The notes under the pieces: model-generated
Told to the model about the DNA's origin: nothing
Database searches by the model: none
The model's input: only the letters and a program-made list of their open reading frames with translations
Made by a program: the position numbers and the translations under genes
Assembly (NCBI GenBank): GCA_964486045.1
Contig: CAZALK010000023.1
Span: forward strand, 1-38,130
Source of the DNA: an uncultured archaeon
Lineage (GTDB): Archaea > Asgardarchaeota > Lokiarchaeia > Sigyniarchaeales > SOKP01
Length of the DNA stretch: 38,130 nucleotides
Reading direction: 5' to 3'
Part shown: positions 26,887 through 37,252 of the stretch, piece after piece
Position numbering within the stretch: position 1 is the first letter of the stretch
Layout: each line of letters begins with the position of its first letter

Positions 26887-27231
26887 ATGAAATTGAAGTC
26901 TTGTATTGTTATTAGTGGTTATAAATCACTCTATACTGAAACATTGAAAATCCGAAAAGGTGAAATTTTGCAAATTGGAAATAAAGAGAGTGAATGGCCT
27001 GGATGGGTTTGGTGTAAGAATAATGATGGACTAAAAAGATGGGTTCCAAGGAATTATCTGGATATCCATGGCGCTTCAGGAATAATGCTTCAAGATTACG
27101 AGGCAACAGAATTATCAGTGTTTAGTGGAGAAGAGTTAGTGATAGAAAAAGAAGAAAGTGGATGGGGGTGGGTTTCTAATAAGGAAGGAAAGAAGGGTTG
27201 GATTCCATTAGAAAAAATTTTGATCACATAA
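26887..27231 (+). CDS. Tandem SH3 domain protein
   Basis: LKIRKGEIL..WPGWVWC..GLKRWVP and DYEATELSVFSGEEL..SGWGWV..GKKGWIP. ATG at 26887 preferred as start. Confidence 0.85.
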   Translation: MKLKSCIVISGYKSLYTETLKIRKGEILQIGNKESEWPGWVWCKNNDGLKRWVPRNYLDIHGASGIMLQDYEATELSVFSGEELVIEKEESGWGWVSNKEGKKGWIPLEKILIT

Positions 27232-27276
27232 TCATTACTTCAGTTTAACAGCTTATCAAGCTCGTAGGATGTAGAA

Positions 27277-28131
27277 ATGAATTCGATTATGATTAGAGAG
27301 CCCAACCTAAGTGAGGTTCTTGAATGTATTAAAACTTTCCTTTTGTCTTTTGGTAGGAGGGATTTTGATAACATATTAGCGGAAGAAAAAACTTGGATAT
27401 ATTTAATTAATAAAAAAATTGCCAAATTTCTTATTGCTGAGGAAGAAGATAAAATAATCGGCGTGGGAGGTCTATTCCTATTTCAACAAGTCGGGAGTAT
27501 TGGGTATATGGGTGTGCTAGAAGAATATAGAGGATCTGGCATTGGAACAGAAATATTTAGAAATTTAATGGAGATAGCTAATAGCTCCGGAATTGAAACT
27601 ATAATGCTTTATGCTTCAAAATTAGGAGAACCAATCTATAGAAAATACGGCTTTAGAGGAGAATACAACGCATCAATGCATCATCTAATAAAAGAATTGC
27701 CTAATAATCAACGTATATCTAATATTGTTAAAACCATAAAAGATATTCCCAATTGGGTGTTAAGCTTTGATGAAAAAACCATGGGTTTTGACAGATCTGA
27801 TTACTTAAAAGCTAGAGTTTCACTTGGTGCTAAATTACTCGTTGTAGAAAATGAGGGTTATGCCCTTATTTCTAAATTGATGTCTAAAATAAGGTTAGGG
27901 CCTTTAATCGCCAGTAATTTAGATATAGCGCTTCAAATTATCAGGAAAGGGATTAATTCAGGAGCAGAAAATATAATTATAGCAAATCACCCATATCAAC
28001 AGAATAAAATACCAAGTTTAACATTATTAACCGAAAGTGAAGAAGACACCAATTTAAAAATGGTTTATGGAAAAGAAATCACAAGAAAATTAGATTATCT
28101 GTATGCTATTGGAACTTATGCTAAAGGTTGA
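27277..28131 (+). CDS. GNAT N-acetyltransferase (YitH-like)
   Basis: IGYMGVLEEYRGSGIGT, LYASKLGEPIYRKYGF, FDEKTMGFDRS, RLGPLIA. Confidence 0.9.
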   Translation: MNSIMIREPNLSEVLECIKTFLLSFGRRDFDNILAEEKTWIYLINKKIAKFLIAEEEDKIIGVGGLFLFQQVGSIGYMGVLEEYRGSGIGTEIFRNLMEIANSSGIETIMLYASKLGEPIYRKYGFRGEYNASMHHLIKELPNNQRISNIVKTIKDIPNWVLSFDEKTMGFDRSDYLKARVSLGAKLLVVENEGYALISKLMSKIRLGPLIASNLDIALQIIRKGINSGAENIIIANHPYQQNKIPSLTLLTESEEDTNLKMVYGKEITRKLDYLYAIGTYAKG

Positions 28132-28594
28132 ATTACTTTACTAATAAAATAACCTCAAATATATTTTAACTAAATTAATTGAATTTATGTTTAAATGAAC
28201 GGAAAGAAAGTTTCTGCAAAAGGTGATTAGATTTTTGATAAATCTATAAATTATTAGCAGGAAATACCTTCATTATCTCGTGATGTTCTTTTAGTTCTTC
28301 ACAAATCTCTATTAAGTGGTTAAATAATATATTTCTTGTCCATTTTGACAACTTAATATCTACTTTCCCCAGTTTTTTTGCTAATTTTTTCATTTGGAAA
28401 ATCCTTCAGTAAATCGCTTTTTAACTTCTAGACTAAGCAATTTTATCTATTTATCTAATTAACTGCATTAAAAAAAGCTTAATTAAAAAAATAGTTGTGA
28501 GTTTTATTGCTAAGAAAAAACAGAAGAAGATAAAGGTTATATTAAGACTTTTAAAATAAAAATTATTCTTAAAAAAATAATTCAGATTCCTAAT

Positions 28595-29779
28595 TTACAA
28601 CTCATTAATAGCCCTATGTAGTCTTTCAAGAGCTTTCTCAAGTGTAGATCGAGGACATGCTATATTTATGCGCTGAAATCCTTCCCCACCTTTTCCAAAC
28701 ATAAATCCATCATCCAAAATGATCTTTGCTTTTTTTTGCAGAAAACTTTTCAATTTGTCAAAATCTATTTTTAACTCCCTGAAATCCATCCATACAAGAT
28801 AAGTTCCTTCGGGCTCAATAATATCAATCTGCGGGATATTTTTTTGAAAGAATGATTTAAGGAATTCTAAGTTTTCTTGTAAATAAATTATTAACGAATT
28901 TAACCATTCATCGCAATCTTGATACGCTGCTGTAAAAGCAACTAAAGATAAGTCATTGGGTAGATATCCAAACTCTTCAGGAATAAACACACTTTCAATA
29001 GTATTAATAAATGAGTGCCGCAGCTTTTCATTTGGGATTATAATATTTGAAAGTTGAAGCCCAGCTAAATTAAATGTTTTACTTAAGGACGTGCATGTTA
29101 TCGAATTAAAGGCAAAATCATTGGTTACTGAAGCAAAATTCGTGTGTTTAATTCCAGGATATACTAAATCACAATGTATTTCATCTGAAATAATTAAAAT
29201 ATCATTCTCGATACAAATTTCACCAATTTGTTTTAACTCCTCTCGAGTCCAAACCCTACCGACGGGATTATGAGGACTACAGAGTATAATGATCTTGGCT
29301 CTTGGATCCTTGACCTTTTGAGTTAAATCATCAAGATTCATCTGGTAACGTCCGTGGATCAACTCTAACGGATTAGATAGACATTGTCGACCATTATTTT
29401 GAATTGCACCAAAGAAAGGATAATAGACGGGATCTTGTATTATAATCTTATCTCCAGGATTACTGAAAGATTGTATTGCGATGTTAATTGCAGGAATCAC
29501 TCCAGGAGTAAAGGCTAACCATTCCCTATTTATATCCCATTGATAATGACGTTTAAACCAATTTAATACTGCATCATAGTAAGCATTATGAAAATAAGAA
29601 TATCCAAAAATGCCGTGTTTTGCACGATTAATGATGGCTTTAATGATTGGCTCGGGAACTCGAAAGTCCATATCTGCAACCCATAATGGTAATAGGTCTT
29701 CTTCGTAATGATCCCATTTAGTCGATTGTGTACCATGTCGGTCAATAACATCATCAAAAGACCAATTTTGTTTCGTCAC
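28595..29779 (-). CDS. patB: MalY/PatB family PLP-dependent cystathionine beta-lyase
   Basis: LPLWVADMDF, LCSPHNPVGRVW, ISDEIHCD, SLSKTFNLAGL, PEGTYLVWMD, GFQRINIACPR. Confidence 0.93.
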   Translation of the reverse strand: MTKQNWSFDDVIDRHGTQSTKWDHYEEDLLPLWVADMDFRVPEPIIKAIINRAKHGIFGYSYFHNAYYDAVLNWFKRHYQWDINREWLAFTPGVIPAINIAIQSFSNPGDKIIIQDPVYYPFFGAIQNNGRQCLSNPLELIHGRYQMNLDDLTQKVKDPRAKIIILCSPHNPVGRVWTREELKQIGEICIENDILIISDEIHCDLVYPGIKHTNFASVTNDFAFNSITCTSLSKTFNLAGLQLSNIIIPNEKLRHSFINTIESVFIPEEFGYLPNDLSLVAFTAAYQDCDEWLNSLIIYLQENLEFLKSFFQKNIPQIDIIEPEGTYLVWMDFRELKIDFDKLKSFLQKKAKIILDDGFMFGKGGEGFQRINIACPRSTLEKALERLHRAINEL

Positions 29780-29983
29780 TTATGTTACCCTTTCTATTTT
29801 TTGATTTGTTCTAATTATTAACAAATAATAAAAGCTTTGACTGTAAAAATTTAATGTTAAATACATAATCAATTTCAGGTATAGCAAGAAATATCACAAA
29901 ATACTATTATTTGTGAGAGCCTTTTGCTAATCATACCCATTATCATTTTTTCTAATTTAAATAACAAATTTAAACAACAAAAT

Positions 29984-30000
29984 ATTATTGACATAAATTT
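29984..30000 (+). promoter_or_regulatory. Motif conserved upstream of both AOR copies
   Basis: ATTATTGACATAAATTT here and at ~32087-32103; both are preceded by TCATTTTTTCTAATTTAAA. Confidence 0.55.
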
Positions 30001-30038
30001 AATTATTTCAAATTAATTAAAAAAAATATAAAATATGG

Positions 30039-31955
30039 GTGAAATTGATGTCAAACGGATTTTGTGGAAAAATATTATGGGTAGATCTTTCGAACGAATC
30101 TTTTAAGGAGGAATCATTATCGGAGGAGACCTATCGCCATTATCTCGGAGGATACGGCTTAGCTGTTAAACTAATTTATGATAACATGCCAGCAAAAGCG
30201 GATCCATTAGGACCTGATGCGATTATGGGATTCTTTCCGGGATTGTTAACTGGTACAGTTGCTCCCCTCAGCGGTCGATATATGGTTGCTGGGAAATCAC
30301 CGTTAACAGGAACTTGGGGGGATTCTAATAGTGGGGGCTATTTTGGTCCAGAAATTAAAAAGTGTGGATTTGATGGAATATTAATCAAAGGTATTGCAGA
30401 TTCACCAAAATATATCACTATTATTGATGGCGAGAAACAAATTCTTGATGCTTCAGAGGTTTGGGGTAAAGATGCTATCGAAACTGAGATTTTTTTGAAA
30501 GAAAAATATGAGAATAGCCATGTAGCATGTATTGGGCAATCAAGTGAAAAACTCTCGTTAATTTCTGGTATTGTAAATGATAAAGGCAGACTTGCCGCGA
30601 GGTCTGGTCTCGGAGCCAGTATGGGCTCAAAAAAATTGAAAGCGCTTGTATTAAAAGGAAATAAGAAAATTTCACTTTATGACAAAGATTCTTTACTTAA
30701 ACATACAAAGGATTATAATGAAGGAATAAACGCAGCTACAGGAGGTATAACTGCTATGTTTAAAACATATGGGACAACTTCACTTAATGTTTATTGCGGA
30801 AGTTCTGGAGATACTCCAATTAAAAACTGGGGTGGGAACGCGAATGATGACTTTCCAACCAAAAGGCTCAACAAGATATCCCCGGCTGAAATTGATAAGT
30901 ATAAACAAGAAGTATATGGATGTTTTTCATGCCCCGTTCGGTGCGGAGCTATAATGAAAATTCCTGAATTAGGTATTGAGGAGACCCATCGCCCTGAGTA
31001 CGAAACATGCGCTGTCTTTGGACCTTTAATACTTAGTGATGATCTATTATCTATTTTTACTCTTAATGAATTGTGCAATCGAGCTGGCCTAGATACTATT
31101 TCGGTTGGAGGAACTGTAGCGTTTGCTATTGAATGCTTTGAGAATGGTTTAATTAATACTGATGATACGGATGGTCTAGAATTGACTTGGGGTAATTCTC
31201 AAGCGGTTATTAAGCTGGTGAAAAAAATAATAAATCGAGAAGGTATTGGAGATATCTTAGCGGATGGTTCTAAAAAGGCATCTGAAAAGATCGGCAAAGG
31301 AAGTGAGCAATACGCTATTACAGCTTCTGGTCAAGAACTGGGTATGCATGATTCTAAGTTAATGAGATCGCTTGGTTTTGCATTTGCTTTTGATCCTACA
31401 CCTGGAAAACACACGAATCCAAGCGTAGATCAAGGAGCCTCTGGAATTCTCGCACAAAATGGATTAATTGAAGGTTTTGTTCTTCCCCCTGACATTAGTA
31501 AAATGGGAGATGATAGGTCTGAAGGGAATAAATTGATTGTATCCCTCTTGCAGTTTTCTAACAGCCTCGGATTATGTTGGTTCTCAACAATATTCCATAA
31601 ATATCCTATGTTGGAGATAATTAAAGCTACTACAGGATGGGATATGCCTATTGAGGAACTAATAAAATGTGGCTTAAGAATACAAACCCTACGACAAGCA
31701 TTCACAATTCGAGAGGGTGTAATACTTGCTGAGGCAGAGTTACCAGGAAGAGCAATCGGAAACCCACCATTTGAAAGTGGCCCTCATAAAGGTAAAACAA
31801 TAGAATATAAAGAGGAATATAAAGGGTATTGTGAGAAAATAGGTTGGAACCCCATCAACGGTTACCCTTTAGAAGATACTTTAATTGATTTAAATCTGGA
31901 ATTTGTGTTAAAAGATCTTTATGCTCAAAAAGTGCAACCAATTGCCTCTAAATAA
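30039..31955 (+). CDS. aor: Tungsten aldehyde:ferredoxin oxidoreductase family, copy 1
   Basis: GKILWVDLS, KSPLTGTWGDSNSGG, AARSGLGASMGSKKLKA, GCFSCPVRC, EYET, GLDTIS, LGLC. Start may be ATG 30048. Confidence 0.93.
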   Translation: MKLMSNGFCGKILWVDLSNESFKEESLSEETYRHYLGGYGLAVKLIYDNMPAKADPLGPDAIMGFFPGLLTGTVAPLSGRYMVAGKSPLTGTWGDSNSGGYFGPEIKKCGFDGILIKGIADSPKYITIIDGEKQILDASEVWGKDAIETEIFLKEKYENSHVACIGQSSEKLSLISGIVNDKGRLAARSGLGASMGSKKLKALVLKGNKKISLYDKDSLLKHTKDYNEGINAATGGITAMFKTYGTTSLNVYCGSSGDTPIKNWGGNANDDFPTKRLNKISPAEIDKYKQEVYGCFSCPVRCGAIMKIPELGIEETHRPEYETCAVFGPLILSDDLLSIFTLNELCNRAGLDTISVGGTVAFAIECFENGLINTDDTDGLELTWGNSQAVIKLVKKIINREGIGDILADGSKKASEKIGKGSEQYAITASGQELGMHDSKLMRSLGFAFAFDPTPGKHTNPSVDQGASGILAQNGLIEGFVLPPDISKMGDDRSEGNKLIVSLLQFSNSLGLCWFSTIFHKYPMLEIIKATTGWDMPIEELIKCGLRIQTLRQAFTIREGVILAEAELPGRAIGNPPFESGPHKGKTIEYKEEYKGYCEKIGWNPINGYPLEDTLIDLNLEFVLKDLYAQKVQPIASK

Positions 31956-32118
31956 CTTATTTCATTTTGAAGAAATATTTTCTCAATTTTTTTTTTATCT
32001 TTTCTTTTTTTGGATTTGTTGATCTTTTTCACCTTGGTTATCATTTCATTTTTTCTAATTTAAAAAATAAATTTAAGTGAAAAAAGATTATTGACATAAA
32101 TTTTATACAAAAAAAAAG

Positions 32119-34032
32119 ATGAAATTAATGTCAAACGGATTTTGTGGGAAAATATTATGGATAGATCTTTCAAAAGGATCTATTAGTGAAGAATCATTAC
32201 CAGAAGAAACTTATCGTCATTATCTTGGAGGTTATGGCTTAGGTGCGAAATTAATTTATGAAAACATGCCAGCAAAAGCGGATCCATTAGGTCCTGATGC
32301 GATATTGGGGTTCTTTCCTGGACTATTAACCGGTACCGTTGCCCCTCTTAGCGGCAGATATATGGTCGCGGGGAAATCACCTTTAACAGGGACGTGGGGT
32401 GATACTAATAGTGGTGGCTTTTTTGGTCCAGAAATTAAAAAATGTGGGTTTGATGGGATATTAATTAAAGGAATTGCAAATTCTCCGCAATACATTTCAA
32501 TTATTGATGAGGAAAAACAAATTCTTGATGCTTCGGATGTTTGGGGCCTAGATGCTATTGAAACTGAAAATTTTCTGAAAGAAAAACATAAAAATAGCCA
32601 AGTGGCGTGCATTGGTCAATCGAGTGAAAAATTGTCATTAATATCTGGCATTGTCAATGATAAAGGCAGAATTGCAGCAAGGTCTGGACTAGGAGCTGTA
32701 ATGGGCTCTAAAAAATTGAAAGCGCTTGTATTAAAAGGAAATAAGAAAATTTCACTTTATGACAAAGATTCTTTGCTTAAACATACAAAGGATTATAACG
32801 AAAGAATAAATTCTGCTTCAGGTTTAGTTAGCATATTTAAAACATACGGAACAACTGCGGGTAATACCTTCTCAGGAAGTTCAGGAGATATGCCAATCAA
32901 AAACTGGGGTGGAAATTCGATAGAAAACTTTCCAACCGAAAGACTAAATAAAATATCAGGAGGAGAAATAAATAAGTATAAGCAAAAAGACTACGGATGC
33001 TTTTCATGCCCCGTTCGATGTGGAGCAATAATGAAAGTTCCAGAATTGGATATCAAAGAAACACATCGTCCTGAATATGAAACTTGTGCTGCATTTGGTC
33101 CCTTACTACTTAACGATGATCTTTTATCGATATTTGCACTTAATGAATTATGTAATCGAGCTGGTTTAGATACCATTTCTGCTGGAGGAACTGTGGCATT
33201 TGCAATCGAATGCTATGAAAATGGTTTAATAAATAAAGATGATACTGATGGTTTAGAATTAACATGGGGTAATTCCGAAGACATCATTAAATTAGTAAAG
33301 AAGATGGTTAACCGAGAAGGTATTGGAGATATTTTAGCAGATGGTTGTAAAAAAGCCTCTGAAAAAATCGGTAAAGGAAGTGAAAAATACGCTATTACCT
33401 CTATGGGTCAAGAACTTGGTATGCATGATTCTAAGTTTTCGAGATCTTATGGTCTTGCATACACTTTTGATCCAACTCCAGGAAAACATACTAATGCAAG
33501 TTTAGATAGCGCTGGAATGGGACCTCTTGCGAAAAATAATCTAATAGAAGGATTTATTCTTCCTAAAAATTTCAAAAAGATAGGCGATGACAGGTTGGAA
33601 GGCCATAAATTGATGAATTCTCTTACACAATTTTCGAGTAGTCTTGGTTTATGTATGTTTGCATCAATGTTTCAAAAATATCCTATGTTAGAATTAATTA
33701 AAGCTACAACTGGATGGGATATGTCAATTGAGGAATTAATAAAAAGTGGATTAAGAATACAGACATTACGCCAAGCATTTACTATTCGAGAAGGTATTGC
33801 ACTTGCTGCGAATGAATTACCAGGGAGAGCAAGCGGGAATCCGCCTTTTGAAAGCGGACCTCATAAAGACAAAACAATAGAATATAAAGAGGAATATAAG
33901 GGTTATTGCGAGAAAATGGGATGGAATCCCATCAACGGTTATCCTTTAAAAGATACTTTAGTAGAATTAAATCTGGAATTTGTAGTAAAAGATCTTTATG
34001 CCCAAAAAGCGCAACTAATTGCCTCTAAATAA
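32119..34032 (+). CDS. aor: Tungsten aldehyde:ferredoxin oxidoreductase family, copy 2 (tandem paralog)
   Basis: Same motifs; colinear with copy 1 at an offset of ~2080 bp. Confidence 0.93.
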   Translation: MKLMSNGFCGKILWIDLSKGSISEESLPEETYRHYLGGYGLGAKLIYENMPAKADPLGPDAILGFFPGLLTGTVAPLSGRYMVAGKSPLTGTWGDTNSGGFFGPEIKKCGFDGILIKGIANSPQYISIIDEEKQILDASDVWGLDAIETENFLKEKHKNSQVACIGQSSEKLSLISGIVNDKGRIAARSGLGAVMGSKKLKALVLKGNKKISLYDKDSLLKHTKDYNERINSASGLVSIFKTYGTTAGNTFSGSSGDMPIKNWGGNSIENFPTERLNKISGGEINKYKQKDYGCFSCPVRCGAIMKVPELDIKETHRPEYETCAAFGPLLLNDDLLSIFALNELCNRAGLDTISAGGTVAFAIECYENGLINKDDTDGLELTWGNSEDIIKLVKKMVNREGIGDILADGCKKASEKIGKGSEKYAITSMGQELGMHDSKFSRSYGLAYTFDPTPGKHTNASLDSAGMGPLAKNNLIEGFILPKNFKKIGDDRLEGHKLMNSLTQFSSSLGLCMFASMFQKYPMLELIKATTGWDMSIEELIKSGLRIQTLRQAFTIREGIALAANELPGRASGNPPFESGPHKDKTIEYKEEYKGYCEKMGWNPINGYPLKDTLVELNLEFVVKDLYAQKAQLIASK

Positions 34033-34207
34033 TCATTTCATGCTGAAAAAATATCTTCTCAATTTTTTTTTTTATATCTTCTTTTTCTTGTAGAGAAATG
34101 TTTCTAAATAATTTAAAAAGCTCCTTTTTACCTTTCGTAAGTTTATTATTCCTTATTTTTTCATTGTTATAGTTAATTAAATCAGTGATTAAATCGAGGA
34201 CGTACAT
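34025..34207 (-). pseudogene. Short ORF or 3' remnant of a convergent gene
   Basis: 60-aa ORF overlapping the AOR2 stop. A degraded copy of its 3' end (KKKIEKIF.Q.E) also follows AOR1 at ~31955-32005. Confidence 0.4.
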
Positions 34208-34357
34208 ATTTTTCTAAAACTAAGGCTATTTGTTGCTATAAACGTAATAAGGCTTTTTCAAAAAAAAGATCATCAACAGAATAATCAATGCTATTCACAA
34301 AAAAAAATCTTATTAATTTTATTAAGGCTTTAAAAAGATATAATAACTGTCATTTAC

Positions 34358-34642
34358 TTGATCATAATGACAATTGAAAAAATGAAAATTCAAATGACTG
34401 AAAAAATAACTCAAAAAGTCTCATCAAATGGAAGGATTGTAATACCAAAAGAATGGAGAGACATTTTAGCAATTGAGGATAAAAATGAGGTTGAGATGGA
34501 ATTAAAGGACGATAAGACTATATTAATCAAAAAAAAATCTCATCCTCTTGAGATTGAAGATAATTTATTTGAAGGAGTTACTCCGTTTACAAAAGAAGAG
34601 TTAGATGAAGCAAAAAAATCGTTATTTCCTAGCGAGAAATAA
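34358..34642 (+). CDS. AbrB/MazE/SpoVT-family antitoxin
   Basis: KVSSNGRIVIPKEWRDILAI...VEM...ILIKK. True start is probably a later ATG. Confidence 0.9.
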   Translation: MIIMTIEKMKIQMTEKITQKVSSNGRIVIPKEWRDILAIEDKNEVEMELKDDKTILIKKKSHPLEIEDNLFEGVTPFTKEELDEAKKSLFPSEK

Positions 34643-34670
34643 TCAAAAAAGTTGCGACTCTTGATATAAA

Positions 34671-35072
34671 ATGACAGAAAAAGCAGTAATTGATGCTCAA
34701 GTTCTATTTTATTTTCATTATGACTATGAAAAAATTCCCTCACTACTCCAACAATTGAAAAAAAAAGTGATAAATGGAGACATAACAGTAATCCTACCTA
34801 CAATTGCAATCTCAGAATTACTTTGGAAAATGAGAAAGGCTGGGAAGACAAGTGCATTTAAGAAGGCTCTCAATCGATGGGAAAGCTCAGAAAATATCAT
34901 TATCGATGATTTTAATTTGGAAATCATTAAATTGATGTTAAAAAATGCAAAAAGTCACGAATTACATGATGAAATCATCGCTATGACTTGTAAAAAGCAC
35001 GGTACAGATATTATTTATTCTAAAGATAAAAAATTTAAAGAATTATTCAATTTACAACTAAGATCTTGGTAG
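34671..35072 (+). CDS. vapC: PIN-domain (VapC-like) toxin
   Basis: AVIDAQVL, LPTIAISELL, ELHDEIIAMTC, IYSKDKKF; directly downstream of the AbrB-type gene. Confidence 0.88.
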   Translation: MTEKAVIDAQVLFYFHYDYEKIPSLLQQLKKKVINGDITVILPTIAISELLWKMRKAGKTSAFKKALNRWESSENIIIDDFNLEIIKLMLKNAKSHELHDEIIAMTCKKHGTDIIYSKDKKFKELFNLQLRSW

Positions 35073-35579
35073 TAGAGTTTTACCTCTTAGATGGAGAGAT
35101 TTACTTAATCTAAAAAATTAAAAAGAGAAAAACAAAAAAAATTATCGAATTAAATTTTGAATAACTGGATTAAATCCAACAACAGCCTTATTTACTTTTT
35201 TTTCTTTTTTGTGCATTTTTTTAACCTTTTCTTTAAGTTGTTTTTATTAATTAATATCTAATTTGTAAGCTATATTTAGTTTTATTACATACACTTTCCA
35301 CGAAGTTCGAAGAATTAAGAAAGTATATGTGATAGAACTAAAGTACACTGAATTACATTTTATTCATGCAAAAAAGCACTTTAGGTAAGGAGTTAGTAAA
35401 AACATTAATTATGTTGATTTGTTTTTTATCATGGAATTTTTAATAATTTTCATTTATTACTTCTTATTCTCTTCTTGAATAATTCGCGCTCCAAGCTGGT
35501 AATAATTATTATCAGCACTTTTTGTAATAAATCTTTATTTTTCAAACAAAAGCATAAAAGGAGATGAACTATATATGAA

Positions 35580-35804
35580 ATGTTTAGAATGGAACCATAT
35601 TCCACCGATAAGATAAAAAGAAGAAAAAGGAAATACTATAATAATGAAGGGGAGCTCTATCCACTAGTAAACGATAGAAGTACTATTATACCGTTTAAAT
35701 TAGCTTTTCGTGAATTCAATACCATTTATGATGGAAAGGAAAAAATGCCGTTCAAGAAAAGAGATCCCAACTATCAAGCAATTTTTCGAAATGAATTTAA
35801 ATAA
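35580..35804 (+). CDS. Small hypothetical protein
   Basis: 74-aa ORF with a GGAGATGA-like RBS upstream; no motif recognised. Confidence 0.4.
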   Translation: MFRMEPYSTDKIKRRKRKYYNNEGELYPLVNDRSTIIPFKLAFREFNTIYDGKEKMPFKKRDPNYQAIFRNEFK

Positions 35805-35809
35805 TATCG

Positions 35810-36141
35810 TAAAAAATTATTTAATATTAATTAAGCAATTAAATAAAGAGAAGAAGTTAATTGGAGCGATTTGCGCTGGACCAGAATTTCTAGCAAATGC
35901 TGGTATTCTGAGGGGGATTAAATACACAACTTCTCAAACACCTCAAATCTATGAAGAAAAAAATGAAGTGGATCCCTTTCCAAGATAAACTTATATAGAA
36001 ACCAGAATCGTTCAAGATAAGAATATCCTTACTGCTCAGGGACATGCCTTTGTGGATTTTGCTCTAAAAGCATGGGATTGGTATAATGCCTATGAGTACG
36101 ATGGAGAGAGAGGAATTGTTGAAAGAATACACACAAATTTA
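35810..36141 (+). pseudogene. DJ-1/PfpI family remnant: 5'-truncated, in-frame TAA at 35986-35988, probable 3' frameshift
   Basis: KKLIGAICAGPEFLANAGILRGIKYTT...DPFPR*TYIETRIVQDKNILTAQGHAFVDFAL continues through the stop. Confidence 0.8.
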
Positions 36142-36148
36142 GCTGTAG

Positions 36149-36892
36149 TTATTTTTTATATCCTATTTTGATCATCAACGAAAGTGTCTCATCAAAGGCT
36201 TGCCCTTCAACTTCGAATTGAAATGCCATTTCTTCTGATTTAAACAACTCTGTAAAATAACCTAACCAGTAAGCGCTATATCGTTTATTTTGCCTATGCC
36301 TAAAGAGTAAATGAAATAGATCTTCTTCTTCCTTTTTAACATCAATTGAGTGAAAATAATTTGCGACAACCCACATTTTTTGGATAGTTGACATTATTTC
36401 TTCAGGAGATAGACTTTTAAGAGGTCTTGAGTCATTATACCACAAAATTATATCAATTGCTACATTTTTCTTAAAGGGTTTCTCTAAACTATCCTTAGGT
36501 GCTTCAGCTGCCCTAATTAATTGATTAAAAGTAGTTTTTCCAATAAGCATCATCTTCATTTCTTCTCTTGTGCGAACCCAGAGATCTCTATCCAAGTTTT
36601 TTTGGTCACCAAAATATTGAATAGCTCGTTCAAAAAAAGATATATTAGCTTCATTTTCCTCTTTATATTTTTCGACTACAGCACTGATTCCAGGTGAAAT
36701 AGACTTAAAATTGTCATAACATTTTACGGCATTTTTTATTAAATCAGAAATGGTAGTTCCTTGTTGCTTATATTTATCAATTAGATTTCTGGTTTCATCA
36801 CTAACTTTAACATAAATCGGTTTATCTTTAGATTCAGACTCCTTCATATCGTTTTTATCATCACTTTGATCCTTCTTTGCGATAAAGATCAC
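36149..36892 (-). CDS. Ribbon-helix-helix-like N-terminus fused to a C-terminal alpha/beta putative ligand-binding domain; probable regulator
   Basis: KPIYVKVSDETRNLIDKYKQQGTTISDLIKNAV is RHH-like. The C-terminal domain is unassigned. Confidence 0.6.
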   Translation of the reverse strand: MIFIAKKDQSDDKNDMKESESKDKPIYVKVSDETRNLIDKYKQQGTTISDLIKNAVKCYDNFKSISPGISAVVEKYKEENEANISFFERAIQYFGDQKNLDRDLWVRTREEMKMMLIGKTTFNQLIRAAEAPKDSLEKPFKKNVAIDIILWYNDSRPLKSLSPEEIMSTIQKMWVVANYFHSIDVKKEEEDLFHLLFRHRQNKRYSAYWLGYFTELFKSEEMAFQFEVEGQAFDETLSLMIKIGYKK

Positions 36893-37252
36893 CTTCCAAA
36901 GAATTAATTATCCTCATATCTAAATATATACTTTTATATTAATAAATTTTAATCTTATTTATAATAGGAATAACTAACGTTAAAAAATGTTTCTATTTGT
37001 ATATATGGATATATACTACATTTTGGTCTTATTTTTTTTAGCAACTTTTTGGTTTCTATATATAGATATATATATATATCTCAATACTTTTATTTAAAAA
37101 CCTCTCCGATGTATTGTCGGATACTTATTTTGATCCGAAACATTTAAATATATAATTATATATATTTATATAATAGCATTACAAAAATATAATTTCATAT
37201 ATAAAAATATAATTATAAAATTGAATAAAAAATCATATTTAAGTATCAAAAG

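Noticed and set aside
19398-35988. Stop-codon reassignment suggested by three in-frame stops (19398 TAA, 24192 TAG, 35986 TAA)
   Set aside because: Most intact genes here end in TAA or TAG, and two of the three affected genes have other lesions.
36995-37220. TA-rich palindromic tracts as an operator or origin upstream of the RHH-like gene
   Set aside because: Low-complexity AT sequence is self-complementary by chance; no distinct motif can be supported.
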